Below are positions 43,779-53,239 of a DNA stretch of 62,021 nucleotides, one piece after another. The DNA lies in the NCBI GenBank assembly GCA_005888365.1, contig VAWZ01000003.1, positions 1-62,021 of the forward strand, read 5' to 3'. Each line of letters starts with the position of its first letter. Positions within the stretch are counted from its first letter, which is position 1. The notes under the pieces are model-generated. The model saw nothing but the letters and a program-made list of their open reading frames with translations, was not told where the DNA came from and did not search any database. This DNA is from Actinomycetota bacterium. Its GTDB lineage: Bacteria; Actinomycetota; Thermoleophilia; Gaiellales; Gaiellaceae. The position numbers and the translations under genes are program-made.

Positions 43779-45479
43779 TTGCACATGCCGCTGACCGTCG
43801 GCACCGCGGGCCACATCGACCACGGCAAGACGTGGCTCGTCCGAGCGCTCACGGGCAAGGACACCGACCGGCTGCCCGAGGAACAGCGACGCGGGATCTC
43901 GATCGACCTCGGCTACGCGCCGCTCGAGCTTCCCGGCGGAGGTCGGCTCTCGCTGGTGGACGTCCCCGGCCACGAGCGTCTCGTACGGACCATGGTCGCC
44001 GGCGCAACGGGCATCGACCTCTTCCTGCTCGTGCTCGACGCGGGCGAGGGCGCCCGCCCGCAGACGCACGAGCACCTCGCGATCCTGCGGCTGCTCGAGA
44101 TCGAGCGCGGCGTGGTCGCGGTCACGAAGGCGGACGCTGTGGATGACGAGACGCTCGAGCTCGCGCTCGACGAGGCGCACGAGCTCGTCCGAGCGGAAGC
44201 AGTTGCAGTGAGTGCGAAGACCGGAGCCGGGCTCGACGAGTTGCGTGCCGCGCTCGCACGAGCCGCGGAGGGCGCGACGCCGAAGCGAACCGAGCGTGCG
44301 ACGAGGCTCTGGGTGGACCGCTCGTTCTCGCTGCGAGGGATCGGGACCGTCGTCACCGGGACGCTGTGGTCGGGGTCGATTGGTGAAGGGGACGAGCTGC
44401 GGCTCGAGCCCGCGGGCCGCAGGGTGCGGGTTCGCAGCGTGCAGGTCCACGACCGCGAGGTCGCGCGGGCGGAAGCGGGGCAGCGTGTCGCCGTGAGCCT
44501 CCCCGGTCTCGAGCGTCGCGAGGTACGACGAGGTGACGCACTCGTCGCCCCGGGCGCGTACCCGGTCTCCTACCGGCTCGACGTCGCGCTCGACGAGCTC
44601 GAGCCGATCCGAGACGGGACGCGTCTCCTCGCACATCTCGGAACGGCGCACGTGTCGACTCGTGTCGTTCGAGCCGGCGAGCGCTGGGCCCAGCTGCGCC
44701 TTGCGTCGCCGGTGGTTGCGGCCCGCGGCGATCATGTGATCGTCCGCGGGGAGACGACTCTCGGCGGAGGAGTCGTCCTCGATCCCTCGCCACCCCGCCA
44801 CCGCGACCCTCGGAGGATGGTGCTCATCGAGAGCGGTGACGTGGCGGCTACGGTCCACGCGCCGGTCCTCACGGACTCGCTTCGGCATCTGCTCGACGGC
44901 GAGCCCGAGGGTCTTCGGCACGCAGGCCCGTGGGCGTTCTCGCAGGCGTGGCTCGCGGAGCTCGAGCGAGCATTGAGAGAGCAGCTCGCGGGCGCCGACC
45001 CGCTCGATCCGGGAGTTCCGGTTCCCGCAGAGCGGTGGGCTTCGGACGTGGTCCCGCTGCTGCCTCTCGAGCGGCGCGGGTCGAAGCTCTACCTCCCCGG
45101 TGCCGTCGCGTCGCTCGGCGCTCGCGAGGAAGAAGCAAGTGCGCTCGAACGCGAGCTCGCGGGCGCAGGTACGCGGGCGACGAAGGTCGGCGAAGACCCG
45201 CTTGCGCGCCACCTCGAGGCGACCGGACGCCTCGTTCGGCTCGGCGACGGCTATGCGATCGGGGTCGACGCGTACAAGTCGGCGAAGAATCTTCTGCTCG
45301 CCGAGTGCGGGAGCGCGGGCGAGATCACGCTCGCTCGCTTTCGCGATCTCGCGGGCACCGGCAGACGTGACGCCCAACTCCTGCTCGAGCGGTTCGACGC
45401 GGACGGTCTCACGCGCCGCGTCGGCGACCGCCGCGTTCTGCGGCGGGCCGCCCGAGACGCGACGCGGAGCCCGTCGTGA
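43779..45479 (+). CDS. selB: Selenocysteine-specific translation elongation factor
   Basis: GTAGHIDHGKT, DVPGHE and TKAD GTPase motifs. Beta-barrel domains follow, then C-terminal winged-helix repeats (...ITLARFRDLAGTGRRDAQLLLERFDADGLTRR). Confidence 0.9.
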   Translation: MHMPLTVGTAGHIDHGKTWLVRALTGKDTDRLPEEQRRGISIDLGYAPLELPGGGRLSLVDVPGHERLVRTMVAGATGIDLFLLVLDAGEGARPQTHEHLAILRLLEIERGVVAVTKADAVDDETLELALDEAHELVRAEAVAVSAKTGAGLDELRAALARAAEGATPKRTERATRLWVDRSFSLRGIGTVVTGTLWSGSIGEGDELRLEPAGRRVRVRSVQVHDREVARAEAGQRVAVSLPGLERREVRRGDALVAPGAYPVSYRLDVALDELEPIRDGTRLLAHLGTAHVSTRVVRAGERWAQLRLASPVVAARGDHVIVRGETTLGGGVVLDPSPPRHRDPRRMVLIESGDVAATVHAPVLTDSLRHLLDGEPEGLRHAGPWAFSQAWLAELERALREQLAGADPLDPGVPVPAERWASDVVPLLPLERRGSKLYLPGAVASLGAREEEASALERELAGAGTRATKVGEDPLARHLEATGRLVRLGDGYAIGVDAYKSAKNLLLAECGSAGEITLARFRDLAGTGRRDAQLLLERFDADGLTRRVGDRRVLRRAARDATRSPS

Positions 45480-45525
45480 CTCCGGAAGCCACCAAGCCCG
45501 AGCCGACCTTTCCATTCAGGCCTGC

Positions 45526-46086
45526 ATGAGCCATCCTCAGAAGGTGCGCTTCCTCCTCGCCGCTCTGATCCTCGCTGCTGCGCTCGCTCCGATCTCCGCG
45601 GCCGGCACGGTGGCGCCTGCGGGCCTCGTTCTCCGGCAATCGGATCTCCCGGCCGGCTATCTGCTTAACCGGGACAAGAGCGGAGCTCGTTCGACCGCGG
45701 TGGACGCCGTCGATTTCCCGGAGCTGCGCGTGAAGTATCCGCGCTGGGGACGGGTAGCCGGCTACCAGTCGCAGTTCGACCGCGGCAACAATTCGATTGC
45801 CTCGAGGGCGGACGTCTTTCGCGGACGGGCGGGCGCACGACAGATGTACGCCTGGTTCGTCGAGCAGGTGAGCCGTCAGGGCGTGTCGCACCTGCGCTCG
45901 ACAGGCTTGCCGCTCGGTGACTCTGGAGTCAGCTACGCGGGCAAAGTCGGCGGCTACACGTTCACGATCGCAGTCTGGCGGTATGGGCGGGTGTTCTCCG
46001 TCGCTGCTGGCGGGGGCATCGACAAGGCCCGCCTCCTGGGCCTCGCGAGAACCCAGCAGCGTCGCGTTGCACGCGCGCTCGGCTGA
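45526..46086 (+). CDS. Secreted hypothetical protein
   Basis: ATG 45526 with a signal peptide (MSHPQKVRFLLAALILAAALAPISAAG). Confidence 0.6.
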   Translation: MSHPQKVRFLLAALILAAALAPISAAGTVAPAGLVLRQSDLPAGYLLNRDKSGARSTAVDAVDFPELRVKYPRWGRVAGYQSQFDRGNNSIASRADVFRGRAGARQMYAWFVEQVSRQGVSHLRSTGLPLGDSGVSYAGKVGGYTFTIAVWRYGRVFSVAAGGGIDKARLLGLARTQQRRVARALG

Positions 46087-46210
46087 GCTTTGCGCAGGAT
46101 CGGAATCCGCTCGCGCAGATTCCGATCGCGCGAAACCCCTGAGGACGGGCTTTGCGCAGGATCGAGAATCCGCTCGCGCAGATTCCGATCGCGCGAGACC
46201 CTGGAGACGG
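46087..46210. repeat. Two tandem copies of a ~62-nt unit, each containing a 9-bp-stem hairpin
   Basis: GCTTTGCGCAGGATCG(G/AG)AATCCGCTCGCGCAGATTCCGATCGCGCGA... at 46087-46148 and 46149-46210. The internal inverted repeat in copy 1 is ATCGGAATC-N10-GATTCCGAT. Copy 2 carries a 1-nt insertion in the 5' arm (ATCGAGAATC). The repeats lie between convergent genes. Confidence 0.85.
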
Positions 46211-46262
46211 CCGGTTTCGCGGCCTTGTCGCTACGTCTTTTCGAGCCCGCTGCCCCGGCGAG

Positions 46263-47774
46263 TCAGCGGGTCTGCGGGAACCCGAGGTCGACCTTGCTCG
46301 TCGCGGGATCAGGCCAACGGCTCGTGACGGCCTTCGTCCGCGTGTAGAAGTCGATTCCCTCTGGCCCGTAGATGTGGCGGTCGCCGAAGAGCGAGCTCTT
46401 CCAGCCTCCGAAGGAGTAATAGGCGACCGGCACGGGGATCGGCACGTTCACGCCGACCATCCCGACGTTGACGTCGAACTGGAACCTGCGCGCGACTCCG
46501 CCGTCGCGGGTGAAGATCGCGACCCCGTTGCCGTACGGGTTGTCGTTGACGAGCTGTAGTGCGTCCGCGTACGTCGGAACCCGGACGACCGAGAGCACGG
46601 GGCCAAAGATCTCGTCCCGGTAGCAGTCCATCGCTGGGGTCACGTCATCGAGCAACGACACGCCGAGGAAGAAGCCGCCCCCGTCCGGAGCGGTCGCCCG
46701 CCCGTCCGCGACGAGTGTCGCTCCCTGTGCCTCCCCGCTCTCGAGGTACGAGGCGACCTTGTCACGATGCTCGCGCGTCACGAGCGGCCCCATCTCCGAG
46801 CTCGGATCCATCCCGTCACCGACCTTGACCTTGGGCAGCCGCTCCTTGATCGCGCCCACGAGGGGGTCGCCGGCGTCGCCCACCGCGACAACGACCGAGA
46901 TCGCCATGCAGCGCTCTCCCGCGGAGCCGTAACCCGCGCTGACCGCAGCGTCAGCGGCCATGTCGATGTCGGCGTCGGGAAGGACGACCATGTGGTTCTT
47001 CGCCCCGCCGAGCGCTTGCACGCGCTTCCCGTTGCTCGTGCCCGTCTCGTAGACGTAGCGGGCGATGGGGGTCGAGCCGACGAAGCTGACCGCGGCGATG
47101 TCCGGGTGCTCCAGGATTGCGTCCACCGCGACCTTGTCCCCGTGGATCACGTTGAAGACGCCGTCGGGCAGCCCGGCTTCCTTCAACAACTCGGCCGTGA
47201 GGAACGACGCGGACGGGTCCTTCTCCGAGGGCTTCAGCACGAAGGTGTTGCCGCACGCGATCGCAGGCGCCCACATCCACATCGGAACCATCGCCGGGAA
47301 GTTGAACGGGGTGATGCCGGCGACGACGCCGAGGGGCTGCCGGATCGAGTAGACGTCGATCCCGGTCGCCGCCTGCTCCGTGTAGCCGCCCTTGAGCAGG
47401 GTCGGGATCCCGCAGACGTATTCGATGACCTCGATGCCACGCTGGACCTCGCCCAAGGCGTCGGAGAGCACCTTTCCGTGCTCGGCCGTGAGCAGCCGCG
47501 CGAGGTCCTCCCGATGCTCGTCGACGAGGTTGTAGATCCGGAACAGCAGGTCGGCCCGCTTCGAGAGCGACCATTGGCGCCACGCAGGAAACGCCGCCTT
47601 CGCCGCCGTGACCGCGCGATCGACCTCCTCGACGCTCGCGAAATCGACCTCGCCCGTTTGCTCTCCGGTCGCCGGGTTGTAGACCGGGCCGCGCCGTCCC
47701 GACGACCCGCGAACCGGCCCGCCGCCGATCCAGTGTCCGATCAGCTTCAGCTCAGTCGTGACCGCTGCGCTCAC
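46263..47774 (-). CDS. mmsA: Methylmalonate-semialdehyde dehydrogenase (CoA-acylating)
   Basis: 503 aa ALDH. GITPFNFPAMVPMWMWAPAIACGNTFVLKPSEKDP, FVGSTPIA, GERCMA (catalytic Cys), and the C-terminus ...YYSFGGWKSSLFGD, typical of MmsA. Confidence 0.9.
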   Translation of the reverse strand: MSAAVTTELKLIGHWIGGGPVRGSSGRRGPVYNPATGEQTGEVDFASVEEVDRAVTAAKAAFPAWRQWSLSKRADLLFRIYNLVDEHREDLARLLTAEHGKVLSDALGEVQRGIEVIEYVCGIPTLLKGGYTEQAATGIDVYSIRQPLGVVAGITPFNFPAMVPMWMWAPAIACGNTFVLKPSEKDPSASFLTAELLKEAGLPDGVFNVIHGDKVAVDAILEHPDIAAVSFVGSTPIARYVYETGTSNGKRVQALGGAKNHMVVLPDADIDMAADAAVSAGYGSAGERCMAISVVVAVGDAGDPLVGAIKERLPKVKVGDGMDPSSEMGPLVTREHRDKVASYLESGEAQGATLVADGRATAPDGGGFFLGVSLLDDVTPAMDCYRDEIFGPVLSVVRVPTYADALQLVNDNPYGNGVAIFTRDGGVARRFQFDVNVGMVGVNVPIPVPVAYYSFGGWKSSLFGDRHIYGPEGIDFYTRTKAVTSRWPDPATSKVDLGFPQTR

Positions 47775-47817
47775 GTGTGCACCTCCTACAAGTGTTCGAG
47801 AGCCCAGCCTAGCGCCC

Positions 47818-49011
47818 TCAGACGGGAATGATCAGGCTTTCGAGGTCGCGCGGGTAGTAGGTGAGGATCTCGATCCCGCTGTCCGTGACGAGCACGGTGT
47901 CCGAGTGCCGAAATCCTCCGAGCTCGGGTGCGTAGAGCCCCGGCTCAACCGTGAAGACCATTCCCGCGCGGATCTCGGTCGAGTCGCCTGTGTCGAGGAA
48001 CGGCCCTTCGTGGTAGCGGAGACCGATGGCGTGTCCCGTGTGGTGGCGCCAGTACGCCATCAGGTCATGCTCCCCGAAGTAGGAGCGCACAGCGGTGTCC
48101 ACGTCGGAGCAGCGCGTTCCCGGGCGAATCGCCTCGAACGCGACCTCCTGCATCGTCTTCATGTGCCCGAACATCCGCCTTTGCTCGGTCGTGGGCTCGC
48201 CGACGACCATGGTTCGCTCGAGCTCGGAGAGGTATCCCCAGACGGGCGCGCTTGCTCCGGTTACGAGAACGTCACCCGCTTCGAACGAGATGTTCCCGGC
48301 GAGAGCGTGGGGGATTGCCGAATTGCGGCCGATCTGCCCGCGGTAGCCCGCGTGCGCTCCGCTCGAGAAGAAGCTCTGCGCCCGGTAGATGGGGCCGATC
48401 GCATCGAGCAGCGCGAAGGTGGCCTCATCGCTCGCGCGGTGGGAGACCTCGGTCTCCGTGATCCCGACCCGCGTGTAGCGCTGGAGCAGGCGGTGGGCGA
48501 GGTTGCCCCAGCGAACGCTCTCGCGGATGAGCGCGACCTCCGCCTCCGACTTCACGGCCATCTGCTGCTCGATCTGCTCCACGATGCGGACGACGGTCGC
48601 GCCCGAGAGCTCCCCGAGCGTCGGGCCTCGGTACCCGAGGATCCAGGGATAGCCGTCTTGGTCGGCGCCGATCTTGTCCTCGAGCTCAATCGACTCGAGC
48701 GTGGACGCCAGCACCGTCTCCGCCCTCGGCTCGCCTGGATACTCGGAGTAGTGCTCGACGCGGTCGACCGTCGCGTTCGCCTGGGCGTGCTCTAGCTCGA
48801 GGCGGGGGACGACGAGCGCTCGATGGCCCTCCGCGCCCAGGACGAGCGCGATTGGACGCTCGGTGGGCGCGAAGGCGAAGCCGACGTAGTAGAGGACGTA
48901 GTAGGGATCGAAGAGAACTGCGCCTGTGAGCCCGTCGCCGCGGAGCCGCTCGAGCAGGGCCTCGCAGCGCGCGCGGTGCTCGTCGGCCGCGATCGCGATC
49001 GAGGTCTGCAC
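47818..49011 (-). CDS. M24-family metallopeptidase (Xaa-Pro aminopeptidase/creatinase-like)
   Basis: N-terminal creatinase-like domain plus a pita-bread fold: ...HHTGHAIGLRYHEGPFL...VFTVEPGLY...RHSDTVLVT. Confidence 0.85.
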   Translation of the reverse strand: MQTSIAIAADEHRARCEALLERLRGDGLTGAVLFDPYYVLYYVGFAFAPTERPIALVLGAEGHRALVVPRLELEHAQANATVDRVEHYSEYPGEPRAETVLASTLESIELEDKIGADQDGYPWILGYRGPTLGELSGATVVRIVEQIEQQMAVKSEAEVALIRESVRWGNLAHRLLQRYTRVGITETEVSHRASDEATFALLDAIGPIYRAQSFFSSGAHAGYRGQIGRNSAIPHALAGNISFEAGDVLVTGASAPVWGYLSELERTMVVGEPTTEQRRMFGHMKTMQEVAFEAIRPGTRCSDVDTAVRSYFGEHDLMAYWRHHTGHAIGLRYHEGPFLDTGDSTEIRAGMVFTVEPGLYAPELGGFRHSDTVLVTDSGIEILTYYPRDLESLIIPV

Positions 49012-49177
49012 AACCGGAGCCTACGCGCGGGCCTGGAGCGGCGACACCGTTGCCAGAACACGCCCAGTGGCGAGACCGGCGATCTCGATCATGAAGGCTG
49101 CCGAGCCTTTCATGAGTGCGTCATGTGGCTCCGCCTACCCTAGCCCGGTGATCAGTTGCGAGCGAACGGAGGAGCGC

Positions 49178-49936
49178 ATGAGCCACCGACTCACGTCTGT
49201 CTTCCTACTGGAGATCGGCGCGGCCGTCGTGCTGTTGGCGACCGGGCTCGTTGGCGTACGCTCGTCGACGGCGGCGCCGCCGGCGGCGCCGAGCTGGGTA
49301 CTTCGAGGTGCGTACTCGCCCTCGGTACGCCCGTCGAACTTCGTCGCCAAGATCGACAATCGCTTCTTCCCGCTCGTGCCCGGGACGACCTTCCACTACC
49401 GCGGTCATAGCGGGGACACGCCGCAGACCGACGAAATGGAGGTGACCCATCGGACGAAGACGATCTTCGGCATCCGCTGCACGGTGGTCCGGGACACGGT
49501 GTCCGAGCGCGGAAATCCGGTCGAGAGGACGTTCGACTGGTACGCCCAGGACAAGCAGGGCAACGTCTGGTACATGGGGGAGTACTCGCTCGAGCTTCGG
49601 CACGGCCGCTTCGTGCGGGCGAGTGACTCGTGGCAGTCGGGGATAAAGGGCGCGAAGCCCGGCATCATCATGCGAGGCAACCCTCACCCCGGCGACGTCT
49701 ATCGGCAGGAGTTCTACCCACCCGGCGGCGCTCTGGATCAGGCGCGTGTTCTCGGATCGGAGGCGGCGAGGACGGTGCCGTATGGGACGTTCAAGCGGGT
49801 GCTCGACACCGTCGAGTGGAGTCCGGTCGAGCCGCAGCTGGAGAGGAAGTACTACGTCACGGGGGTCGGCGAGATCGAAGAGCAGGTGGTGCACGGTGGA
49901 CACGAACGATTCCAGCTCGTCGCGGTGACGCACTGA
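49178..49936 (+). CDS. Secreted/membrane-anchored hypothetical protein
   Basis: ATG 49178 preceded by GGAGG, with an N-terminal hydrophobic segment. Family not recognised. Confidence 0.6.
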   Translation: MSHRLTSVFLLEIGAAVVLLATGLVGVRSSTAAPPAAPSWVLRGAYSPSVRPSNFVAKIDNRFFPLVPGTTFHYRGHSGDTPQTDEMEVTHRTKTIFGIRCTVVRDTVSERGNPVERTFDWYAQDKQGNVWYMGEYSLELRHGRFVRASDSWQSGIKGAKPGIIMRGNPHPGDVYRQEFYPPGGALDQARVLGSEAARTVPYGTFKRVLDTVEWSPVEPQLERKYYVTGVGEIEEQVVHGGHERFQLVAVTH

Positions 49937-50080
49937 ACGGATAGCGACTGCGAGGCCGGTCGACGCCCGCGTTCTTGGGGATGGCCGCAAGTTCTCGGCG
50001 GTGGACGCATCTAGGCGGTAGGGGAACGAGTCCGGTCCGCGCTCAGGACGGCAGGCTCTCAACTGAAAGGACATCGTCAG

Positions 50081-50263
50081 GTGAGACTGGGTTACGAGGT
50101 TCGCTCGGGAAAGCGGGAGGTGGCGTTTCAGTACGCGAGCACGCCGCAGGAGGCTCTGATCGAGTACTTGCGCTCGATCGGCTGCCGTGACGACGAGGTC
50201 GTCAGGCTGGGGGCTCGCGCCGTCTCCTGGCGCGGTGCGGTCTTCACCGCGGCCCCTCGCTAG
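50081..50263 (+). CDS. Small hypothetical protein
   Basis: 60 aa, moderate GC3 bias, AAAGGA upstream. Confidence 0.4.
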   Translation: MRLGYEVRSGKREVAFQYASTPQEALIEYLRSIGCRDDEVVRLGARAVSWRGAVFTAAPR

Positions 50264-50399
50264 TCGTCGTCCGACTCAGACCTTCGGCTCCATTCGACCC
50301 TTAGTACCTCACGTAGTAAGCGACCACAGCTCTCGCTCTCGAGCGGCAGGGTCTCCGGGGAGCGGAACGTCGTGTCGCGCCGCCGACTAGATTCGCGGA

Positions 50400-51062
50400 G
50401 TGCGAGCGCTGATCCTCGACCTGGACGGGACGCTCGTGGACACCGTCTACGCGCACGTCTTCGCCTGGCAGCGCGCACTCGCCGAGGCGGCGATGCCGAT
50501 CGATGGCTGGCGGATCCACCGCCGGATGGGTATGAGCGGCGGCCTCTTCACGCGGGCGGTCGCCCGCGAGCTCGGCCGGCCGCTCGCGCCGGAGGAAGCG
50601 GAAGCGATCCAAGCGCGCCACGGCGAGCTCTTCGGTGAGTTGCTCTCGGAGCGGCGGCCGTTGCCGGGAGCTGTCGAGCTGCTCGCGGAGCTGCGCGAGG
50701 CCGGCGTCGCACACGGAATCGCGACGTCCGGCCGGCGGCCCGAGATCGATGCCTCGCTCGCCGCGCTCGGCGTCAGCGCCGACACGGTCGTCGTCGAGCG
50801 CGGGGACGTGCTCCGCGCCAAGCCGGAACCGGATCTGTTCATAGCCTGTAGCGAACGGCTGGACGTCCTGCCGGACGAGTGCTACGTCATCGGCGATGCA
50901 GTCTGGGACCTGCTCGCCGCCCGCCGAGCGCGCATGCTGAGCGTCGGCCTGCTGAGCGGCGGCTACGGCGAGGACGAGCTCACCCGCGCCGGCGCCTTCC
51001 GCGTCTACCGGGACGCGGAGGAGCTCCGTCACTCCCTCGACGAGCTCGGCCTCCTCCCCTGA
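50400..51062 (+). CDS. HAD-superfamily hydrolase (phosphoglycolate phosphatase-like, subfamily IA)
   Basis: LILDLDGTLVDT (DxDxT), ATSG, KPEPD, GDAVWD. Confidence 0.85.
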   Translation: MRALILDLDGTLVDTVYAHVFAWQRALAEAAMPIDGWRIHRRMGMSGGLFTRAVARELGRPLAPEEAEAIQARHGELFGELLSERRPLPGAVELLAELREAGVAHGIATSGRRPEIDASLAALGVSADTVVVERGDVLRAKPEPDLFIACSERLDVLPDECYVIGDAVWDLLAARRARMLSVGLLSGGYGEDELTRAGAFRVYRDAEELRHSLDELGLLP

Positions 51063-51109
51063 GTCATGCTCTTCGGCTGAATCAGCCTCGGAGCCGGCTG
51101 ATCAGAGGT

Positions 51110-51520
51110 TCACGGGTGGAAGCGCAACCGGTCGACGATCTTGTCGACCGTCTTTCGCTCGGCACGGAAGGCGATTCCGACGAGGTCGAGATCCTGCGCC
51201 GAGACGTCGGCGACGGCTGCCCGATTCGCCTCGTCGTGATTCGTCGCGAAGAGGTCGCGCGTGTAGATGGCCGGGGTCACGCCGCGGCCGAGCGCGCGCT
51301 CATAGGCGCGCCGAAGCGCGACGTCGTCGGCCTCGTAGACGAGCACGGGTTGGACGAACATGGGCAAGTACTCGTTCCCGGACGCGTCCCGGTAGGGCTC
51401 CCCGACGACACCCGGCACGGTTCCCGCGATCCCGCTGACGAGGAACGCCGTGACGTTCGTCTTCTGCCAGACAGCGAGGGCATCGCAGAGCACGACCGCG
51501 ATCTTCGTCTCGAACTCCAT
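51110..51520 (-). CDS. DUF2000-like protein (tentative family call)
   Basis: 136 aa. MEFETKIAVVLCDALAVWQKTNVTAFLVSGIAG... resembles my memory of DUF2000. Not verified. Confidence 0.55.
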   Translation of the reverse strand: MEFETKIAVVLCDALAVWQKTNVTAFLVSGIAGTVPGVVGEPYRDASGNEYLPMFVQPVLVYEADDVALRRAYERALGRGVTPAIYTRDLFATNHDEANRAAVADVSAQDLDLVGIAFRAERKTVDKIVDRLRFHP

Positions 51521-51619
51521 CGCGTGAAGCTAGCGGCACGCGCTCACCGAAAGTGCGGATCAGCCACGAACACCTCGAGACGACAACTGCGACGAAGCGC
51601 GGTCCACTAGGGTGCCGAG

Positions 51620-51925
51620 GTGGTCGACAGGCTTGACGAGGAGCACTTCGAGATCCTGAGAAAGTGGGGAGCCGGCCTCGCGACGGACACCCGTGCAGAG
51701 CTCCGGGCAGCCGGAAAGGCGATCATGATTCTCATCGAGGAGATCGACCGGCTCCACGACGCCCAGCGCATGCGAGGAGCGTCGAAGCCGCCCCTGATCG
51801 AAGCGAGCGACAGGGACGCTGAGCCGGAGTCAGTCGAAGCCGTGTCCTCCCAGTCGCTCGGCGCCAGCTTGCAGGAGCGCTTGGGCGCAGTGATTCCACG
51901 CCTCGCGACCGACCGGGACGAGTGA
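51620..51925 (+). CDS. Hypothetical protein
   Basis: 101 aa, GTG start, good GC3 bias. Confidence 0.45.
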   Translation: MVDRLDEEHFEILRKWGAGLATDTRAELRAAGKAIMILIEEIDRLHDAQRMRGASKPPLIEASDRDAEPESVEAVSSQSLGASLQERLGAVIPRLATDRDE

Positions 51926-52123
51926 AGTACAACCGTCGTGTCTTCGCAGGCGTTTGCTCGTGCACGTCCGCCATCGATCAGTCAGTAGTCCGGTGTCCTC
52001 GTCTCAAAGTGCGTCGCTGTCGCGCCTCGGCCGACTTCCGGGGCCAAGATCGCCGGCGCTAGGTTGTCTCCACCCGTGTTTCACGTCCTTGCAGGAGAAC
52101 CGGCATCGTGAAAGGAGCAGCCC

Positions 52124-52438
52124 ATGGAGAAGAGGCTCGTTACGCGCTACGCGACGCGGTCGGTCGAGGCAGCGGATGAGAACCAGCGAAGAGTCGAAGC
52201 GGTCTTTGACGAGCTGGGAGCCGCCAAACCTGACAGCGTGAGCTACATAGTCCTCCGGCTCGCGGATGATTCCTTCGTCCACGTGTCGTTTCACGACCAC
52301 GGCGACGACGAGGTGAACCCAATCGCCTCGACGGCAGCGTTTGCGCATTTCCAGCAGGAGCACGCCGACCGCCGCGAAGGCCCGGTCGACCAGCAGACCG
52401 CGGACCTGGTCGGTGCCTACATCACCAACATCGACTGA
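52124..52438 (+). CDS. Small hypothetical protein (possibly ABM/Dabb ferredoxin-like fold)
   Basis: Strong RBS (GAAAGGAG) 7 nt upstream of ATG 52124. 104 aa. Confidence 0.6.
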   Translation: MEKRLVTRYATRSVEAADENQRRVEAVFDELGAAKPDSVSYIVLRLADDSFVHVSFHDHGDDEVNPIASTAAFAHFQQEHADRREGPVDQQTADLVGAYITNID

Positions 52439-52485
52439 GCCCAATCCCGCTCTGGAGCTGCCCGAAGTCTCTAGTTGACCGCACC

Positions 52486-52914
52486 TCAGAGAAGCTTCGT
52501 GAGACAGACGAGTGTGTCGTCCACCTGGAAGGGCCGGCCTCGGAGACTGATCGTTCCGGAAACACGAACGGGGTCAGTACCCGCATCGACGTACCCGAGC
52601 TGTTCGTACAAGAGCCTGGCGGGAGCGTTGCTTCCTGGCTGACACTGGGGCTGATTCTGTCCCACCCCCGCACACGGGCCTCCTTTTCGGCGGCATAGGC
52701 GAGCTGAGTCGCGATCCCGCAGCGCCGGTGTTCGGGCAACACGAATGCGTCCTGGATCTCGGGGAGGCCCAGGTGTGCCCCTCCGGGCGATGTGGACGTG
52801 CCCGACGGGCTGATCGTCCTTCCAGGCGATGAGGTACGTGGATCCTTGCTCGACCTGCTGGCACAGGCGGTTGAGCGGCAAGCGGCGATCGACACGCGCG
52901 ATCTCGTTTGGCAT
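52486..52914 (-). pseudogene. GNAT-family N-acetyltransferase with two frameshifts
   Basis: Frame A: MPNEIARVDRRLPLNRLCQQVEQGSTYLIAWKDDQPVGHVHIA. Frame B: GAHLGLPEIQDAFVLPEHRRCGIATQLAYAAEKEARVRGWDRI. Frame A again: GSNAPARLLYEQLGYVDAG.... The shifts are near 52782 and 52645. Confidence 0.7.
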
Positions 52915-52968
52915 TAGCTGAGTCACCGAGGCCACGGGGCGAGGTCTCCCACGCGAACGGCGATACCG

Positions 52969-53235
52969 GTGTTGACGTTCACGAACACGGGCGCAGAGCA
53001 CTTCTCGAAAGTGGGCGCATCTTCGGCGGTCGCCGAGACAGCCCATCGCGATCTGCCGCAGGTCTCACGCGAGGATGCGCTGCGCCTCGCCCACCGATAC
53101 GCGGAACGCGAGTCGCCCTCGCCGAAATTCGAGGTGGTGGCGATGGAGTGGCTACGCCGGTATCCAGGCGAGGTTTCGCCTACGTTCGAGAGCTTCGCGA
53201 ACGTGTCCGTGAGCCTGGCGCAGCGGCGGCGGTAG
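52969..53235 (+). CDS. Hypothetical protein
   Basis: 88 aa with good GC3 bias. Confidence 0.4.
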   Translation: MLTFTNTGAEHFSKVGASSAVAETAHRDLPQVSREDALRLAHRYAERESPSPKFEVVAMEWLRRYPGEVSPTFESFANVSVSLAQRRR

Positions 53236-53239
53236 GACT

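Noticed and set aside
42963-45515. An 850-aa ORF antisense to selA/selB. Similar long antisense ORFs occur at 29095..30984, 35663..37465, 31068..32315, 37614..39026 and 25779..26939.
   Set aside because: All are Arg-rich and low-complexity, and each lies exactly opposite a gene with clear family motifs and high GC3. I treated them as non-coding shadows.
42405-45530. Search for tRNA-Sec (selC) or a SECIS-bearing gene next to selA/selB.
   Set aside because: The gaps are only 20-46 nt. I saw no tRNA-like T-arm or long acceptor stem on either strand, and no ORF pair split by an in-frame TGA anywhere in the window. This conclusion rests on visual scanning only.
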